Source: Mobula hypostoma
Lineage: Eukaryota
Direction of reading: 5' to 3'
Length of the DNA: 64,000 bases
Assembly: GCF_963921235.1 (NCBI RefSeq)
Contig: NC_086097.1
Span: 38,442,001-38,506,000 of the forward strand
The notes under the pieces are model-generated. The model made no database searches and was not told where the DNA came from. It saw only the letters and a list, made by a program, of their open reading frames with translations. Shown one piece after another: positions 63,521 through 64,000 of this stretch. Both the position numbers and the translations under genes were made by a program. Position 1 is the stretch's first letter, and the number at the start of each line of letters is the position of its first letter.

Positions 63521-63776
63521 TTTACTTTTATATAGTTTTAGAACATTTTACATATAAATCAACAGGAGAATACAAAAGCATATTTCAGGGCCAAAATCCA
63601 AGAGCATCAATACAAGTACTGACTGGTGTAAAGTACAGGAAGCATATCAAAGCTACAAAATCTGACAGAATCTGGAAACTTCAAGTTCCAGTTAGAATCT
63701 AGGATCTGCAGTTCCTTTACTGTTTACTTGTGTGTTGCCTATTAGACGTAATTGACAACAAAAAGAAATCAAATAC

Positions 63777-63905
63777 CTCTTCCATGGTAACCATAGCAAT
63801 GATGGCAACACCTTGCTCCCACACCATTTGCCAAAAATCAAGACAAGTTGTTTGGAGCGGTCCTTGTGTGGCAATGTAATTCCATTCCTTCCCTCCAACT
63901 ATAAC
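63777..63905 (-). CDS. PTPN21: PTPN21 PTP-domain exon ([43 protein letters not shown]); upstream exons lie outside the window
   Basis: ttacag|GTT...GAG|gtattt; 129 nt; YIATQGP and [12 protein letters not shown] motifs. Confidence 0.93.
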
Positions 63906-64000
63906 CTGTAATAAGTGACGTGACATATTTAATAAAGAAAAGGCAGCCTGAAAAGGTAAAAACTTTGATAAAGCTAAGACTCAGTACCCAAGTTCAACAG

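Noticed and set aside
58908..63905. PTPN14 as the identity of the phosphatase exons
   Set aside because: [23 protein letters not shown] and GVVILSEIM match PTPN21 rather than PTPN14, and ZC3H14 is the known PTPN21 neighbour.
1..64000. CRISPR arrays, rRNA or prokaryotic systems
   Set aside because: Spliced vertebrate genes and vertebrate TEs throughout; no regularly spaced repeat-spacer arrays.

Overview
This is eukaryotic vertebrate genomic DNA, most likely from a cartilaginous fish (ray/skate). That assignment is inferred from the repeat landscape of CR1, Rex1/Babar, RTE, Neptune-type Penelope elements and V-SINEs. Two protein-coding genes lie on the minus strand. ZC3H14 (poly(A)-binding Nab2 orthologue) contributes coding exons 1-9, from the ATG at 38659 down to 500, and runs off the left edge. 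PTPN21 contributes its last four coding exons plus a ~2 kb 3' UTR (63905 down to ~56880). All exons have GT-AG boundaries and compatible splice phases. The rest is mostly transposon-derived: CR1 and Rex1/Babar LINEs, a near full-length RTE/BovB-like element, a near-intact DD34E Tc1 transposon, hAT-Charlie and Harbinger-like MITEs, SINEs, a probable solo LTR, and many Penelope-like element (PLE) pieces. The main points of interest are: (1) minimal hammerhead-ribozyme motifs in the PLE termini, one with an intact core in the sense strand of a PTPN21 intron and three sharing an A6C core variant; (2) short ribozyme-bounded and fold-back PLE insertions; (3) a three-level Tc1>RNase H LINE>PLE nest; (4) a head-to-tail PTPN21-ZC3H14 arrangement, unlike the head-to-head human locus; (5) two out-of-frame uORFs overlapping the ZC3H14 start. 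No CRISPR, rRNA or true tRNA genes were seen. Gene and repeat family names come from recognition of motifs, not from database searches.
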